NCBI RefSeq assembly: GCF_036321535.1 | Contig: NC_087472.1 | Span: forward strand, 93,994,001 to 94,058,000 | Direction: 5' to 3' | Source of the DNA: Camelus dromedarius | Lineage: Eukaryota | Length of the DNA: 64,000 bases | In this document: positions 14,095-26,918 of the stretch, piece after piece | Layout: every line of letters starts with the position of its first letter | Position numbering within the stretch: position 1 is the stretch's first letter | Program-made: the position numbers and the translations under genes | The notes under the pieces: model-generated | What the model was told of the DNA's origin: nothing | Database searches by the model: none | What the model saw: only the letters and a program-made list of their open reading frames with translations

Positions 14095-14626
14095 TGAAGG
14101 GAAGCAGAATTTGCCACCCCAAAATATACCTCTTTGGCATCAGGATTATTTTGAGCTTGTTATTTTTTAAAACATCGGACACCTGTGAAAGTCTGAAAAG
14201 CAAGTAGAAGTTACCCTTTTATAAGAGACATTTCCATATATAAGGGAAATCTCCATTTGTAAGGGTGTCCTTTCTCTCTGTACCAGAAAGAGAAGGATGA
14301 TTAAATTTCCAGAAACTCTTATCAATGGAAAAGGCAAGGACTGAAATCTGCATAACAACCTTACCATTGTTACTTGTTTCTGGGCTTTTCCTGATAGACA
14401 GCCATTAACAGCCCCCTCCCCCAACATCTTTGATGGAGATGGTACTTGAGGTGATGGCTTGAGGTGATGGCTTAAGGTGATGGCTTAGGCCATTTTGGGG
14501 AGTTAATCAGTTTTCCTGGGTATTTTCCACTTATATAGGAGCTATTAAACTTCTGTTTGTTTTTCTCCTATTAACCTGTTTTTTATTGTAGGGAGATCTC
14601 ACAGAAAATTATTTTTCTGCCCTGTA
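14095..14626 (+). mobile_element. MER34-like ERV1 solo LTR (family B)
   Basis: Starts TGAAGGGAAGCAGAATTTGCCACCCCAAAATA, which is MER34-like; contains three copies of a 14-bp unit (TTRAGGTGATGGC) near 14446-14486. Confidence 0.8.
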
Positions 14627-14664
14627 TTTTCATAACTCATCACTATCTATTTTGTGGAGTCCAG

Positions 14665-15189
14665 TGTCAGGGAGGAAGAAATTTTCCTCTACCCTTCTAG
14701 GTTCTTCTGGCTGGTCTAAGAATTAAATTGACATGAAACAGATTTAGAGGAGAAAATCAAACAAAATTTAACAACATGTATATATGGGAGAGACCCAGTA
14801 AAACTGAGTGACTCGCCATAAGGCTGAGGCCCTTACTTTAAATATTATCCTCAGCTACAAACAAAAGGCTGTTGAGGATGGCAATAGTCAGTTATGGGAG
14901 TAAGGAAGAGCACAATAAACAAGGGTGATTGTGATACAGATTTAAGTCATTGCCTTCTCCATTGATAAGAGTTTGAGATATTCAGTCACCCTCTTCTTCC
15001 AGGTACAGAGAGACTCCCTTAAAAATGGTGATTTCCCTTACAAACATAAATGTTTTTACAAAAGAGCAATTCCTACTTGATTTTCAGAGACCTTCCCCTG
15101 TCTGCTATTTCTTCAAAAATAACCAGATTAAAATAAGTAATGTACCAACGAGACATTTTAGGGTGGCAAATTCTGCTCCTGTACGTACA
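14665..15189 (-). mobile_element. MER34-like ERV1 solo LTR (family B, inverted)
   Basis: TG...CA termini; TSD CCAG (14661-14664 / 15190-15193); homologous to 14095-14626, since both pseudo-ORFs contain SRICHPK. Confidence 0.8.
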
Positions 15190-15515
15190 CCAGAAACATA
15201 AAAATGAAAATCTTCTCCATTTTTCTTTTTTTCCATTGTGATTTTTTTGGGGTGGTGGGATATGGGGAGTGGGGAGCAATCATTTTATGTTTACTTCACT
15301 CAACTAGATTCCACACAAATGTAGAGGGCATTTGCTTCCTTTTCTAGGTAATGCAAATAATTTTTAAGATCAAATGTTTAAATTTGAGTTCAGAAATTGG
15401 AAGCTGATAATTAATTTTCCATGTTGAACCACTAAGTTATTCAAGGTCAGTGAGAAGATTCACTATCTGGTAGCTTCCTACTGGAGTCTTTTTCTTCCTA
15501 TGTTTTCTGTCTGAA

Positions 15516-15984
15516 TGTTAACTGAAAAAAATTGCACAACATGAAAGTTGTGAGTTAAATTTTATTTGGGGGCAAAATGAGGACTATAGTTCAGGAGACA
15601 GCATTTCAGATAGCTCTGAGAAACTGCTCCAAAGAGATTGGGGGGAAGGTCAGTATTTTATGATTTTAGTGAAGAGGGGGTACATGTAGTCAGGCATATA
15701 TTTAGGCAGAGGCTTTCTGCTAGTCACAAGGAGCAAATGTCACCATGAATGAATTTGGTGCTTTTCTAGATATGAGGAGATGCAAGAATTTGGGCTCATA
15801 AAATCTTCTGAAAATATCTATCTATCTAAAGGCCTGTTCTGTCAGTTTTTCCTAGAACCTAGGATGCCTCATTCCTGATCTCCACCCTGACCTCCTTTCA
15901 GGGTGTGATGAAGGTTGGTGGCTGCAGCAGCTCATGATTTCAACCTGGTAGAGGCAGATGGCAAGTGCCAATTTTTACTTGGCA
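15516..15984 (-). mobile_element. ERV1-class solo LTR (family C)
   Basis: TG...CA termini; similar along its length to 16453-16923 and to the R/U5 part of 646-1139. Confidence 0.8.
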
Positions 15985-16249
15985 CAGATTATATTATGAA
16001 AAATTTTAAACCTAAAGCAAAGTTTGGAAAATTTTACAGTGAACTTCTGTATTCCCAACACTCAGATTCTAGTATTAATATTTTACTATACTTTGAAAAT
16101 CATGTATTTGTCTATCCATTCATCTGTCTATACAATTAATCTATCTTAATTTTTATGTATTTGAAGTTGATTTTTAGATATCAGATACAGTGTTTGTCTG
16201 AATACATCAGCAAGTGTATCATTAACTAAAGTGAAATTTGTTTGCCGTG

Positions 16250-17100
16250 TGTTAAAAAACAAAATTCAACTGCATAAATATAAAGATCAAACTGGCTTTG
16301 TTCAACAATTCATGAATCAGGCAGCATCCCATCCAGCAAATAGAAAGGAGCTCTAAGGAGTTGTGTAAAATCAAAGGTTTTTATAGAAAGAAGAGTGACA
16401 GGGGCAAGGAAAAAGCAGATTACCTCATCTTTCTTTGGAGGATCAGAGGGGTTGTGGACTTAAAAGAACTTCACAATGTGAAAGCTATGAGTTGAGTTTA
16501 TTCAGCATCTTACTGAGAACTATAGTCTGGGAGACAACCTGTCAGATAGCTCTGAGAAACTGTTCCAAAGAGGTAAAGGGGGAAAATCAGTATGTATGTG
16601 ATTTTGACCAAGGTGATACATGCAACCAGGCACACATCTTGGTAGAAAGTTGCTGCTAGTCACAAGGAACAGATATCTTAGTTAATGGTTTTCATTCTTT
16701 TCTAAGTATGGGAAGATACAATAATCCAGGTTTATAAAAAATTTCTCCTGAAACTATCTAGCCATCTGAAGGCCTGTTCTACCAGTTTTCCCAGAGTACA
16801 CAGTGCCTCATTCCTGGTTTGTGCCCTGAATTCCTTTCAGGGTGTGTTAAAGGTCAGTGACTGCAGTGACTAATGACTCAGTCCTTGTAGAGCTGGATGG
16901 AGAGCAACATTCTTTAGTTGGCAGGGTCTTAGGGGGATTACCTCAGTAGTACAACCAGAAAATTCCAGACTGAATGGTTAAGATTACATTCCTGAGGAAG
17001 GTTGAAACTGCAGTGAGGTTAGGTATTAAATCTTGGTTTCCTGACGTGGGGCTTAGCACAAGTGACTCCTTTTTGGGACCAGTTACATTTTTTTAAAACA
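16250..17100 (-). mobile_element. ERV1-class solo LTR (family A), split by a nested LTR
   Basis: Reverse complement of 12808-13220; interrupted at 16453-16923. Confidence 0.8.
16453..16923 (-). mobile_element. ERV1-class solo LTR (family C), nested
   Basis: TG...CA termini with perfect TSD GGGT (16449-16452 / 16924-16927). Confidence 0.9.
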
Positions 17101-17109
17101 AGTTTTCTC

Positions 17110-17830
17110 CTTTAATGTGAAATTTGTTTTAATCTTAATATACATTTGGTGAATTTTGACAAGTGCATACACCTGTGCAACTTAATCTTCTACTGAGACA
17201 TAAAATATTACAAAACCACAGTAAATTACCTCATGCCCCTTCCTAGAAAATCCTGGCCTTCACCCTCCCAGAGATATTTTTTGATATTTTTCTCTGTACA
17301 TTAGTTTTACCTGTTCTACAATTTCATGTAAATAGAATAATGGAGTATATATTATACCACTTATGAATACAGGACAGAATGTAATGGGGGGAAAATATGC
17401 ACTGTTTTGTGGCCTCTTTCACCCAGATAATAATTCTGAGATCCATCCGTACTGTTGGGTATTTCATTAAATTGTTACTTTTTAGGGCTAAGTAGTATTC
17501 TGTTACCTGAATATACCACTGTTTGTCCATTCTCCAATTGATAGACACCTGAGATGTTTACGATTTTGGCTATTAGGCAAACAGTTTTTATATCTTATTG
17601 TGAACATAGTGTTTAAATACTTGGGGGAAGAAAACGAACTGTGCCATATGATAGATGATGTATGATTACTTTTACAACAGGTTGCCAGAACTTTTTCTGA
17701 AATGATTGTAACACTTCACACCCCCACCAACCATGTATGTAAGTTATGGTTGCTCACACCTCCATTTATATTGGGTTTCATGTTTTAACTTTAACCATTC
17801 TCCTGGATATGTAATAGAATCTCATTGTGT
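17110..17830 (-). mobile_element. Old L1 (L1MB/MC-like) 3' fragment
   Basis: Antisense L1 3'UTR and ORF2-end text (gaattttgacaagtgcatacacctgtg...ccattctcctggatatgtaatagaatctcattgtg). Confidence 0.7.
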
Positions 17831-19167
17831 TAGTGGACAGATCTTTTTCAAAGAAAAGTCATGCCTGATTTATAGATACAAAGTAGTTTTGTTTCCAGAC
17901 TTCAGAAGCTGGTACTGATCAGCCTTGTGTTTTTATCCACTATGTAATTTTACTGTTGATGTGTGATTGGGAGAGTGGCCCTACAAGCCAAACCCCCTCA
18001 GGCCCTCCAATATTGAAGATGCCCAGCAGGATCCTTTAGAACAAATTCTGTTAGATTTTCTCAACAGAGTTTTCTGTCAGCTCCCAATACCCTCCTTCAG
18101 CTGGGACCAAATTGCATTAGATTTGACGAATATGCTCCCAACATGATGACTGGAGCTTTTTCCTGTTTTAGTCTCTATTTTTCATTATTGTCACCAATTT
18201 AGGGGCAGAAGGGAGAATTGTACACAGCATTTACTTCATCGTTTTCCCATCTTCTCTTAGGGCAATATTTAAAAAGAAAAAAAATCAATAGTTTATATAT
18301 ATAGCTTTTAAATTATGAAGCAGCATTGCAAAAAAGACCTGTTAATTCCTAAATCCAGTTTTCTCATCATATTCTAGTAGTGAGAATGGACCTATCCATT
18401 TTTCATCACTATATTAATGAGTTTTGGATGATTTTGTTTTATTTTAATCTCTAATTGAAATTTCACTCCAAGCAGGGTTTCTTAATGAAAATTATAATAT
18501 GAAGATTTTCCATGTAGTTGGTAGATTGGTTTCAAGGCTTTTTAATTTTTTTTTTTTTTGAAACAGGAATAATCTGTTTCTAAGCTGTGACATAACAAAA
18601 GCTCCTACCAATTCTAATATCCTGAAAATACAATTGAAGTAACTTGCCAGCCTGGGAAAGAAACCCAAATAAATGTGCATTATGATATTAACTTTCCGTT
18701 TTTTGAGGCATACATTAGAGTTTATGTCTAAAAGTTAATGTTCTGTTACTGAAAATTCTGATATCTAGGCAGTTTTCTAATTCAAAAGCTCAACTGGCTG
18801 TCGGTGCTTTTACCCAAAAAACACTATCCAGAATCCAGCAAACTTTTTCCTTCCTTCCTCCCTTTTCTCCCTCCCTCCCTTTCTCTCTGTCTCTCATATA
18901 TTCTTTCTTCTTTTCTTTCTATTTACCTCTCTTTGTTGTTGTTGTTTTTTTTTTTTTTTTTTTTTTTTTTTCTGGCTCACTTCCACATGTAGGCCCTGGA
19001 AGAACTCTAATGGTGTTCAAAGATAATATCTTGATTTAAAAAAATAATCTGGCAGTGGATGGGCTATTTTCAGGCCTAATGACCCTACATATCACTTCTA
19101 TGAACATGTTCAAACATGCTGGTCCTTGTAAACCTTGTGGTAGAGCAGCTGTTTAATCCATTCAAAC

Positions 19168-19527
19168 TGTGGAAATAAGCGAATACCAAGCAAAGGAGAA
19201 AACTCAAAGATGACTTAAGTCACAGCTTGCTACAGCAAGGGAGTCAGCCACTGTCCTTTGAGTTTTGGCAAAGACTCAAAAGCAAGCAGAGGAGTAGGGA
19301 AGCTTGATAGTGGAAAAAAAGGAAGGTTTCAGCTATGCCCTCCCTGAATGGACAGAGACAACTGTCTGAAGTCCTGCAAGTCCGACTAATAGATAACAGG
19401 CTGGTCTCCTGGGCTGGATACAATAGATGATGAGTTGGTTTCTTGGGCTGGTTGCTGCAGGTTGTGGGTCAGAATTCAATTTTTATGTATGGCCTGGCCA
19501 TTGTCTATTTGTATATTCAGTCTCTCC
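19168..19527 (-). mobile_element. ERV1-like solo LTR (MER89/MER90/MER110-like)
   Basis: Starts TGTGG and ends tatattcagtctctcc; AAAC on both flanks as probable TSD. Confidence 0.65.
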
Positions 19528-19539
19528 AAACTGAAGGTT

Positions 19540-19735
19540 GAAAACGTTGTTTAATGATACAGAGTTTCAGTTTTACAAGATGAAAAGAGTTCTGAAGATG
19601 GATGGTGGTGGTGGTTGTACAACAATATGAATGTACTTAATACCACTGAACTGTACATTTAAAAATGGTTAAGATGGTAAGTTTTCTGTTATGTGAATTT
19701 TATCATAATCAAAACAATTGGGGAAAAAAAAGAAA
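19540..19735 (+). mobile_element. L1MB-like 3' end
   Basis: Typical text agagtttcagttttacaagatgaaaagagttctg...gtacatttaaaaatggttaagatggtaa followed by an A-rich tail. Confidence 0.85.
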
Positions 19736-19739
19736 CTTT

Positions 19740-21560
19740 TGCATAGGAACACAGTATGAATGAAACATTCCTATCATCATGCAAACAATATGTAACTTTG
19801 AACAGACACTGCAAACAGCCCTCATCTCAAAGATTCCAGTGCTTCTGTGTAGTATAAGAACTTAGATGATGGGGAACAGCTATGAACAAAGACTTCCAGC
19901 CAGAGAGTGATCTCTTTGGGCCTATTACCTTGCATTCACAATCAGATTGGATCACTGCCCATTCCGAAGACTTTGAACAGTTTATCAGTAATCTCTGTGA
20001 AGAAATGTAATGTTTATAAACACTCCATTGACACTCTAGGGAACACCAGAATTATCAGAGAAGAATACGTTCAAGAGCTCAGGGCTACCGTGAAGCATTT
20101 TTCTGTGGCTTGACAGTAAAACTTGTAGAACAGTTTCCTGTTCCTTTAGATTCAGTGACAGCACACAAAACCTACAAATTCATACAGGGCTGTCTTTAAG
20201 CTCCTAAAAACAAAGAAATATACACATGTCCTCTGTATCATGGGAATAACTGTTACCAAACTCAGGTTCAGCTGCTCGCCATTCAATAGTCAGTAATCGA
20301 GGGGCAAATGTTTGTAGGAAGGAAAGTTGCTTTACTCAGAAAGCTGGCAATCTGGGGAGAGAATGGACTCATGTCCCCAGACCAACTCCAAAGAGTCTGC
20401 TCAGCCATAATAGCTTTTAAAGGGGAAAGGGAGAAACAATCTCAGTTAATTATAAGGTAGGAGGTCAGATTCTTCGTCATTTTTCCATTGTGTGCAGACT
20501 TGCTGACTTCTGATTGTCCTTTGGATGCTATCTTGCTTGTGTGGTCCACTTGCAATTGGATGCTATCCTGCCCATGTTGTCCACCTGCAAATTTGCTGAG
20601 GGGGAAGCTGGCGGTGGAGAGTCAGTCATTCCCTAACTACTTAATCCTTCATTCTTACTCCCTTTAATCCAGGGAAGGAATCAACAGGTTAGGCAAGGCA
20701 TTGTGTACATTCAGTAGGGCAGAAGTCAGGAGTTAGGTTAAGTGTTACCTAGTGATCTCATTTTTATAATTAAGGTTTAAAGGGAACAGAAATAGACAAA
20801 CAGGAAAGGGGTAAAAGAGCTTCTTACATAACAATGATTTGTCTTTACCCAAAAGACTCTTGGAATTTTGTCTTTGGACAAGGCTCTTTGGCAGATGGCA
20901 CAGGAATATTCAGCTCTACCAGATACGGCAGTGATTTTTATCTCTTACACTGTGAATGAAAGTTGAATAAATTCAAGAAAGTATCTTCAAGTAGCTATTC
21001 AGTCTTTAATAGCTATTGTATTTGTGAAATCTTTAGTATTTTGCTACTTCAGTAAGTGTTTAATCCATGAAATTGGACACAAATTTGGACTGACACTGGC
21101 TGCAGGCCTAATGCAAGGCCCTAGCCACTTGGGAGAACCAGACCATGGGCTTCTAGACCTTTGCGCCATCTATAGTTAGTTACAGTGTGCTATTCCTGTT
21201 AATATTGTAGAATGATTCAAAGAACAGGTGAGCTAGATTGATGATGAATCTACCTGGAGTAACTCTAAAACATAACTTTGATAAAACTTGTGAAAGCCTT
21301 TGGGAAATGGAATGAATGTATAACGTCTTCTGCTCTCCAAAATAAGAACCTTCAAATAGGCATAATTAAAATGAAATGCTTGCACATTAAAAAATAATAA
21401 TAATCTCAAAACTGCTGCAATAAGGGTTTGTATATAAAATTTAAACTTATCAGGTCCTTTTATTTGATAGTCTCTTTTTACTTTCTAATATACCATCACT
21501 GGAAAAACTGTCTGGTGTACACACTTTAAATGGTGCTATGCAAGTCTTCAAAGAATGTCT
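19740..21560 (+). mobile_element. Highly decayed Gypsy-like LTR retrotransposon pol (integrase) remnant, MamGyp-like
   Basis: Degenerate peptide motifs occur in integrase order, with many stops and frameshifts (see findings); interrupted by the LTR at 20251-20828. Confidence 0.45.
20251..20828 (-). mobile_element. ERV1-class solo LTR
   Basis: TGTTA...TTACA termini; perfect 4-bp TSD TAAC (20247-20250 / 20829-20832). Confidence 0.85.
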
Positions 21561-21971
21561 AAGTTTAAGAGTCTGCACACTAAGAATATAAATAATTAAT
21601 TGTATACTTTCACTTGTTGATTAGTGCTGGGTTAGGATATGAGGATTTTTTTCTATAGAAAACAAATACCAAGGACCAGTGTACCCATACATTTCAGGGT
21701 GTGAAGCACTAGCAAGAAGAGAGAAGTTCACTGGACACTTTATAGCCACCTCCTGAAAGAATGGACCTAGCTAAAGAAGCAGAGTTACTCCCACTGAAAA
21801 TGGAGAATCCTTGATAAATTTGAGATTAGGACCTTTGAGAGATGGCCTATGTGAAGATGAACTCCATCTCTAGGGAAGAACAGACTGGGCTCACAGCTCA
21901 GTACCCACATGCTTGAAAGCATGATAAACTGCAGCAGGGCTTTGGACAAGTTGAGGGTGATAAAGAAGATG

Positions 21972-22295
21972 CAGTTGGCCTTGCATATCTGCAAGTTCTA
22001 CATCTACATATTCAACCAAAATCAGACATACTGGGGAAGAAATTCCAGAAAGTTTCAAAAAGCAAAACTAATTTGCCATGCACTGGCAGCTACTTACATA
22101 GTATTTACAACTATTTACACAGCATTTACATTGTATTAGGTATTGTAAGTAATCTAGAGATGATGTAAAGTATACAGGAAGCTGTGCATAAGTTATATGC
22201 AAATATCATGCCATTTTATATAAAGTACTTGAGCATTAGAAGATTTTGGTATCCTGTCTTGAAATCAATCCCCCATGGATACTGAGGGATGACAG
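21972..22295. mobile_element. MER2-like Tigger (TcMar) non-autonomous DNA transposon
   Basis: TIR-like ends cagttggcc...gatactgagggatgacag; internal gcatttacattgtattaggtattgtaagtaatctagagatg. Confidence 0.8.
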
Positions 22296-22691
22296 ATACA
22301 TGAGACCATAAGGAAGACAAAAGTTGAGACATTCGGAAGTGATCTGACATGTATAGGAAGATACAAGGAAGTAAATTGTACCAATTTCTGCAGATGCAGA
22401 TCAGTCTAACCAGAAAAGTGACATGACATTCAAATTCAACCACTAGTCTTGGGACACCTTCAATTACAATGGATGAACATAATGGATATTTTCAATCCTC
22501 ACCCTGAGTTCAGAGAGAAAATCCTCTGAAAACTGGGAAACTGGAATTTTATTCCACTTTAAGAGAGTACCCCTGCGGCTGAGTCAGAAGAAGGAAGTGC
22601 AGTTGTGGAGTTACCCCATCACTGTCATCCTCCCCATAGTTCTCAAATAGTCATGCACAGAATTACATATAATTATATAGTTCTCTATAAC

Positions 22692-23291
22692 TGTGCTAAT
22701 GGCGACAAACTAATTTGGATTTTTAAAGACTCACAGGATCCAAAATGACAGGATTTACAAATGTAACATTTATTGCAGGGAAAGGGTACAATAAGTCAAA
22801 GCTTTAGTGAGGATATGCATCACAGCCACAGGCTACCTCACAGCAAGGAATTGGAGAGGTTGGAAGCAGGCTCCAATTGTCCTACCTTATGGGTCCTGCT
22901 TTATCACTTGGATCAGGAATCAACAACATTAACTTGGAGCCAGTGATCTTAAGTTGGAGTCTTGGCCAGAGCTTCTTACACCTTTCTGGTCATATTTTTG
23001 CCACCTGTCCAACCCCCGTGGCAGAGCCCTTGCGCAAACCATCAATATTGCTGCTGTTATCAGGTGTAAACTGATATCAATCGGGGCAAACCATCAATTT
23101 CGCTTTCTAAACAGTGTTGGCAAGCTGGCACAAAACCTGCTGAAACCTGCCTTGGACCCATGATTACAAAACAGTACTATTAATCATTATATTTCATTGA
23201 CCCTAGGTCAGTATCATGAAGATAGGTCTCATATTTCAGCAAAATATCTCAGACCAATTCCAGACTTGCTGGAATTAACCCTTAGAGCACA
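22692..23291 (-). mobile_element. ERVL-class solo LTR (MER68/MER77-like)
   Basis: TGTGC...GCACA inverted termini; perfect 5-bp TSD ATAAC (22687-22691 / 23292-23296). Confidence 0.8.
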
Positions 23292-23425
23292 ATAACCAAG
23301 AACGCTCTTCTTGTTTCTAATTCATCATTTAATTCCCCCTTTTGTCCATTAATACCAAGCTTCAGTCCTCCATCTCAGTTGTCTTTCAGGAAGCCTCCTG
23401 TGCCTCCACCAGCTCATTTTATAAT

Positions 23426-24230
23426 TGTGGTGCTGTGATTTATAATACGAAATATATATTTGGTCTTTGACCCTATACAGAGCCCCTAAAACCTTTGGAA
23501 TTTCCTGTGATAAGATTGATTTAAATGTCTTTGGTTATGTTAATAGGGCGACTTTTGTAAAGCCTTTAAGATAACCTAAGGGTGGAGGCTGGTTGCTAGG
23601 GGAACGAGTCAGGGTTATAACTTTCAGTCACGTCATCCTCCAGAAGGGGAGGGGGGTCAGAGGTTGAATCAGTCGCCAGTGGCCAATGACTTAATCAGCC
23701 GTGCCTGTGTAATGAAGCCTCCATTAAAATCCATGGTTCGGAGAGCTTATGGATTGGTGAACACATGGAGATTCAGGGAGAGTGGTGGACTTGGAGAGAG
23801 CATAGAATTTCCACGCCCCCTCCTCATGTCTTTCTCTATGCATGTCTTGCATCTGGTTGTTTCTGAGTTAAATCCTTTTGTACTAAACCAGTGATCTAGT
23901 AAGTTAAATGTTTCTCTAAATTTTGTGAGCCACTCTCGCAAATTAGTCGAACCTGAGGGGGGAGTCTTGGGAACCTCTGTCTATAGCCAGTCGGTCAAAA
24001 GCACAGGTGACAACCTGGAACCTGAGTTTCTAAGTGGCAGCTGAAGTGGGGAGTAATGGCAGAGAGGGATCTTGTAGGCCTGAACTCTTACCTTGTGGAA
24101 TCTGATGCTATCTCCAGTTAGATAATGTCAGAATTGAAATTAAATTGTAGGACACCCAGCTGGTATCTGGAGAATGACCTGGTGCTATGTGGGAAAACCC
24201 CCCTCCACACATTGGAAATTAAGTCTTAGA
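23426..24230 (+). mobile_element. MER21-like LTR
   Basis: MER21-like text (ccaatgacttaatcagccgtgcctgtgtaatgaagcctcc...gtaggacacccagctggt). Confidence 0.75.
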
Positions 24231-25129
24231 ACCATTTTAATAATATCATCGTATTATTTTTTCATTTGCTTTTTTTCCAAGTACCTTTTCCTCAATAGTC
24301 CCTGAGCTCAGTAAAATGTTTTTCAATATTATTTTACATATAAGCAAATGTGTTAGATAATTTCCTAGTCGCTCTCTTGAATTATTACTACTTTTTATTA
24401 GGTTTCTGTTTTTTCTTACTTAGTTTACTTATATTGTTTCCTGAAAAAGAGAGCATGAGAGAAAAGTGGTATGAGTAATTGTATGTCTAAAATATCTTAG
24501 GTTTCTTTATTCTTGATGGATGGTTTGGCTGAATAACTGTGCCTCAGACTTTTTGTTTCATTTTCTTCTAACTTCCTTTGTTGCTATTGAGAAATACATT
24601 GCTGTCCTATTGGGAAACTTCCCTTTTTTTTCACTCAAAAGCATTTTGAATATTTTCTATAAGCCATATTCACATTTCTTATCCAATTGTTATTACCTCC
24701 AAGGCAATATTAATTAATAGTACTGACCATGAAAACCTTTTTTCTTCTGCATAATCCTAGTAGAATGCTTTTTGGTGTCCCCATTATTCATATTAATCAT
24801 AAAATCACCTTTGTCCTCACACAAATGCTTTCCTGTTTCACTATTGATGGATGCTATGTAATTGGCAATCCTCTTTAATGTGGTTAATTTCTACGTCCAT
24901 GCTCTGACTCCTGTCTGCTCTCATTTCTCTGAAAGATTGCTCTCTGATTTACTTAGTTCAGCATTTGGACTTTAACCTTTTCCTCTGCAAACCAGTAGGG
25001 TTCTTAAATATTTGAGTTTCTCATGTTATTTTTTTTAAAAAGTTTCTTGTACTCATGATGTTCTTTGTATCTCTCTTTATTGAGCAAGTTAAATACACTT
25101 GCAGTCTCTACTTCAAAAAATCCATCTAG

Positions 25130-26280
25130 TTTCAATCAGCTACACTCTAGTCTCCACACTGCTGCTACTACTCTTGTCAAGGACATCAACAGCCATCTTG
25201 TTGATAAAGCCAATGGATTTTTCAAGCCTTATTTTATTTGAGACAACATAAGCATTCAGAAATATTGACCACTTTCTTTAACTTTTAAAAAACTCTTCCT
25301 TCAGTTTTGATCACAACATATTATTCTATTTTCTTTTTATGGATACCGGTTGCTCCCTTTTGTTTTGTTCTGTTTTGTTTTTCTTGTGGATGACTTGTAT
25401 TCTGTCCATCCCCTGAATGTTGGAATTCTTTGGGTTTCAGTCCTAGGCTATCTCCTTTGCTTAGTGTACACCACTCTCTCTGGGCAAATCCACTACTCCC
25501 AGGACTTTAATGGCCATCTGGCATATAGCTAACATATAAGCTGACATTACCAAATGTTTACCTCCAGCCTAGGACTTTCCCTTCATCCTTAGGTGCAAGA
25601 AGCTAATACCCTTACAGATATTTCCACTTGGAATTCTTTGTGTGTGTGTGTGGGGAGGTAATAAAGTTTTATTTTATTTTATTTTATTTATTTATTTAAT
25701 GGAGGTACTGGGGATTGAACCCAGGACCTCCTGCATGCTAAGCATGCACTCTACCACTGAGCTATACCTTCCCCTCGACTTGGATTTTTTACAAGAACCT
25801 CAAAGTGATTGTGTCCAGATGCTAGGGTAATCTTTACTCCCAGAACTGCTCCTTGCAAGTATCTCTATCTTATTAAATAATAAGTTCAGTTACCCTAACA
25901 AAATTATACATTTTTCTTAAGTATTTTTTCTACCTTATGCCCAGTTTCCAATAAAGCACCTAGTCTGTTGATTATACATTTTAAATCTTTCTTTTCTCAA
26001 TATTTACTGCATGAAAGAAACCAACATCCTTCCCATGAGCTGACTACTCGTAGCCAGATTCAAACTGAGATTTACATCTCTTCTTGAAAATTTTCTTTGT
26101 GTCTGGTTTAGGTTGCTCTTCTGTTTTCTTAAGCACCATAGACATCTGTATATCATTAGCTTATTGTACTGTGTGGCAAATGTTGACTTATTCATATTTT
26201 CCTCTAGGTTATAAACTTTGTGAATGACTGAGTCTTTCTTGCTAGTCATTGAAAAAGTAGCAGTTAGCAAAATGGCAGGA
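25130..26280 (-). mobile_element. L2 LINE fragments, interrupted by a SINE
   Basis: Antisense L2-like text (ctccacactgctgctactactcttgtcaagg...; aaatgttggaattcttt-like; ctccagcctaggac). Confidence 0.65.
25640..25777 (-). mobile_element. tRNA-derived camelid SINE (Vic-1-like)
   Basis: A/B boxes on the minus strand; TSD ACTTGGAWTT at 25626 and 25778. Confidence 0.9.
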
Positions 26281-26498
26281 AAAGTATGCTCAATAAAAAT
26301 AGCTCAAATTAATTAAAGAAAACATCTTAGATGATTTATTAGGTGGTGTTGTTGCCAATGGTTATCTCATAGTCCAAAAAAGACAGAACATATTATATTT
26401 CCTTGGAATTCTCCTGGAAAAAACCCAAAAAGATGAAGAGGAGAAATTCTTAATATTATTGGAAAACCTACTGGCCAATATCTCTTTCAATTTTATTT

Positions 26499-26591
26499 TA
26501 TTTTTTATTTTTAATGGAGATACTGGGGATTGAACCTGGGACCTCCTGCATGCTAAACATGTGCTCTACCACTAAGCTATACCCTCTCCCC
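26499..26591 (-). mobile_element. tRNA-derived camelid SINE (Vic-1-like)
   Basis: A/B boxes on the minus strand; TSD TCARTTTTATTT at 26487-26498 / 26592-26603. Confidence 0.9.
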
Positions 26592-26918
26592 TCAGTTTTA
26601 TTTTTGTTTAATCATAAATCCATACAAAATTTTCATTATTTATTTTCTAATGAAGGGAAATATATTTTCAATGTGGTCTTTTTGATCAGAACTATTACTG
26701 AGAGTTGAAGGAACGCATATGCACTCTCAATTTTGGCAAATTGAGATAGTGAGTTTCATTACATATAAACTTGAATGTGAAGGAATCCAATTCATTCCAA
26801 AGGTCCCATCTTTAGGACTAGACAATTCCCTGATTGCCTTTATTGAAGATCAAGTATGCAGTATGTTCCATATATTTATTTGTTTATTTATGTATTCAGA
26901 TTTCAGAGTATGCATATG

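Noticed and set aside
14446..14486. Three short direct repeats
   Set aside because: They are a spacer-less tandem duplication inside an LTR, not CRISPR-like, and this is mammalian DNA.
25700..25775. tRNA-like sequence (also near 3000, 26550 and 50060)
   Set aside because: A-rich tails, TSDs and a degenerate acceptor stem show these are SINEs, not tRNA genes.
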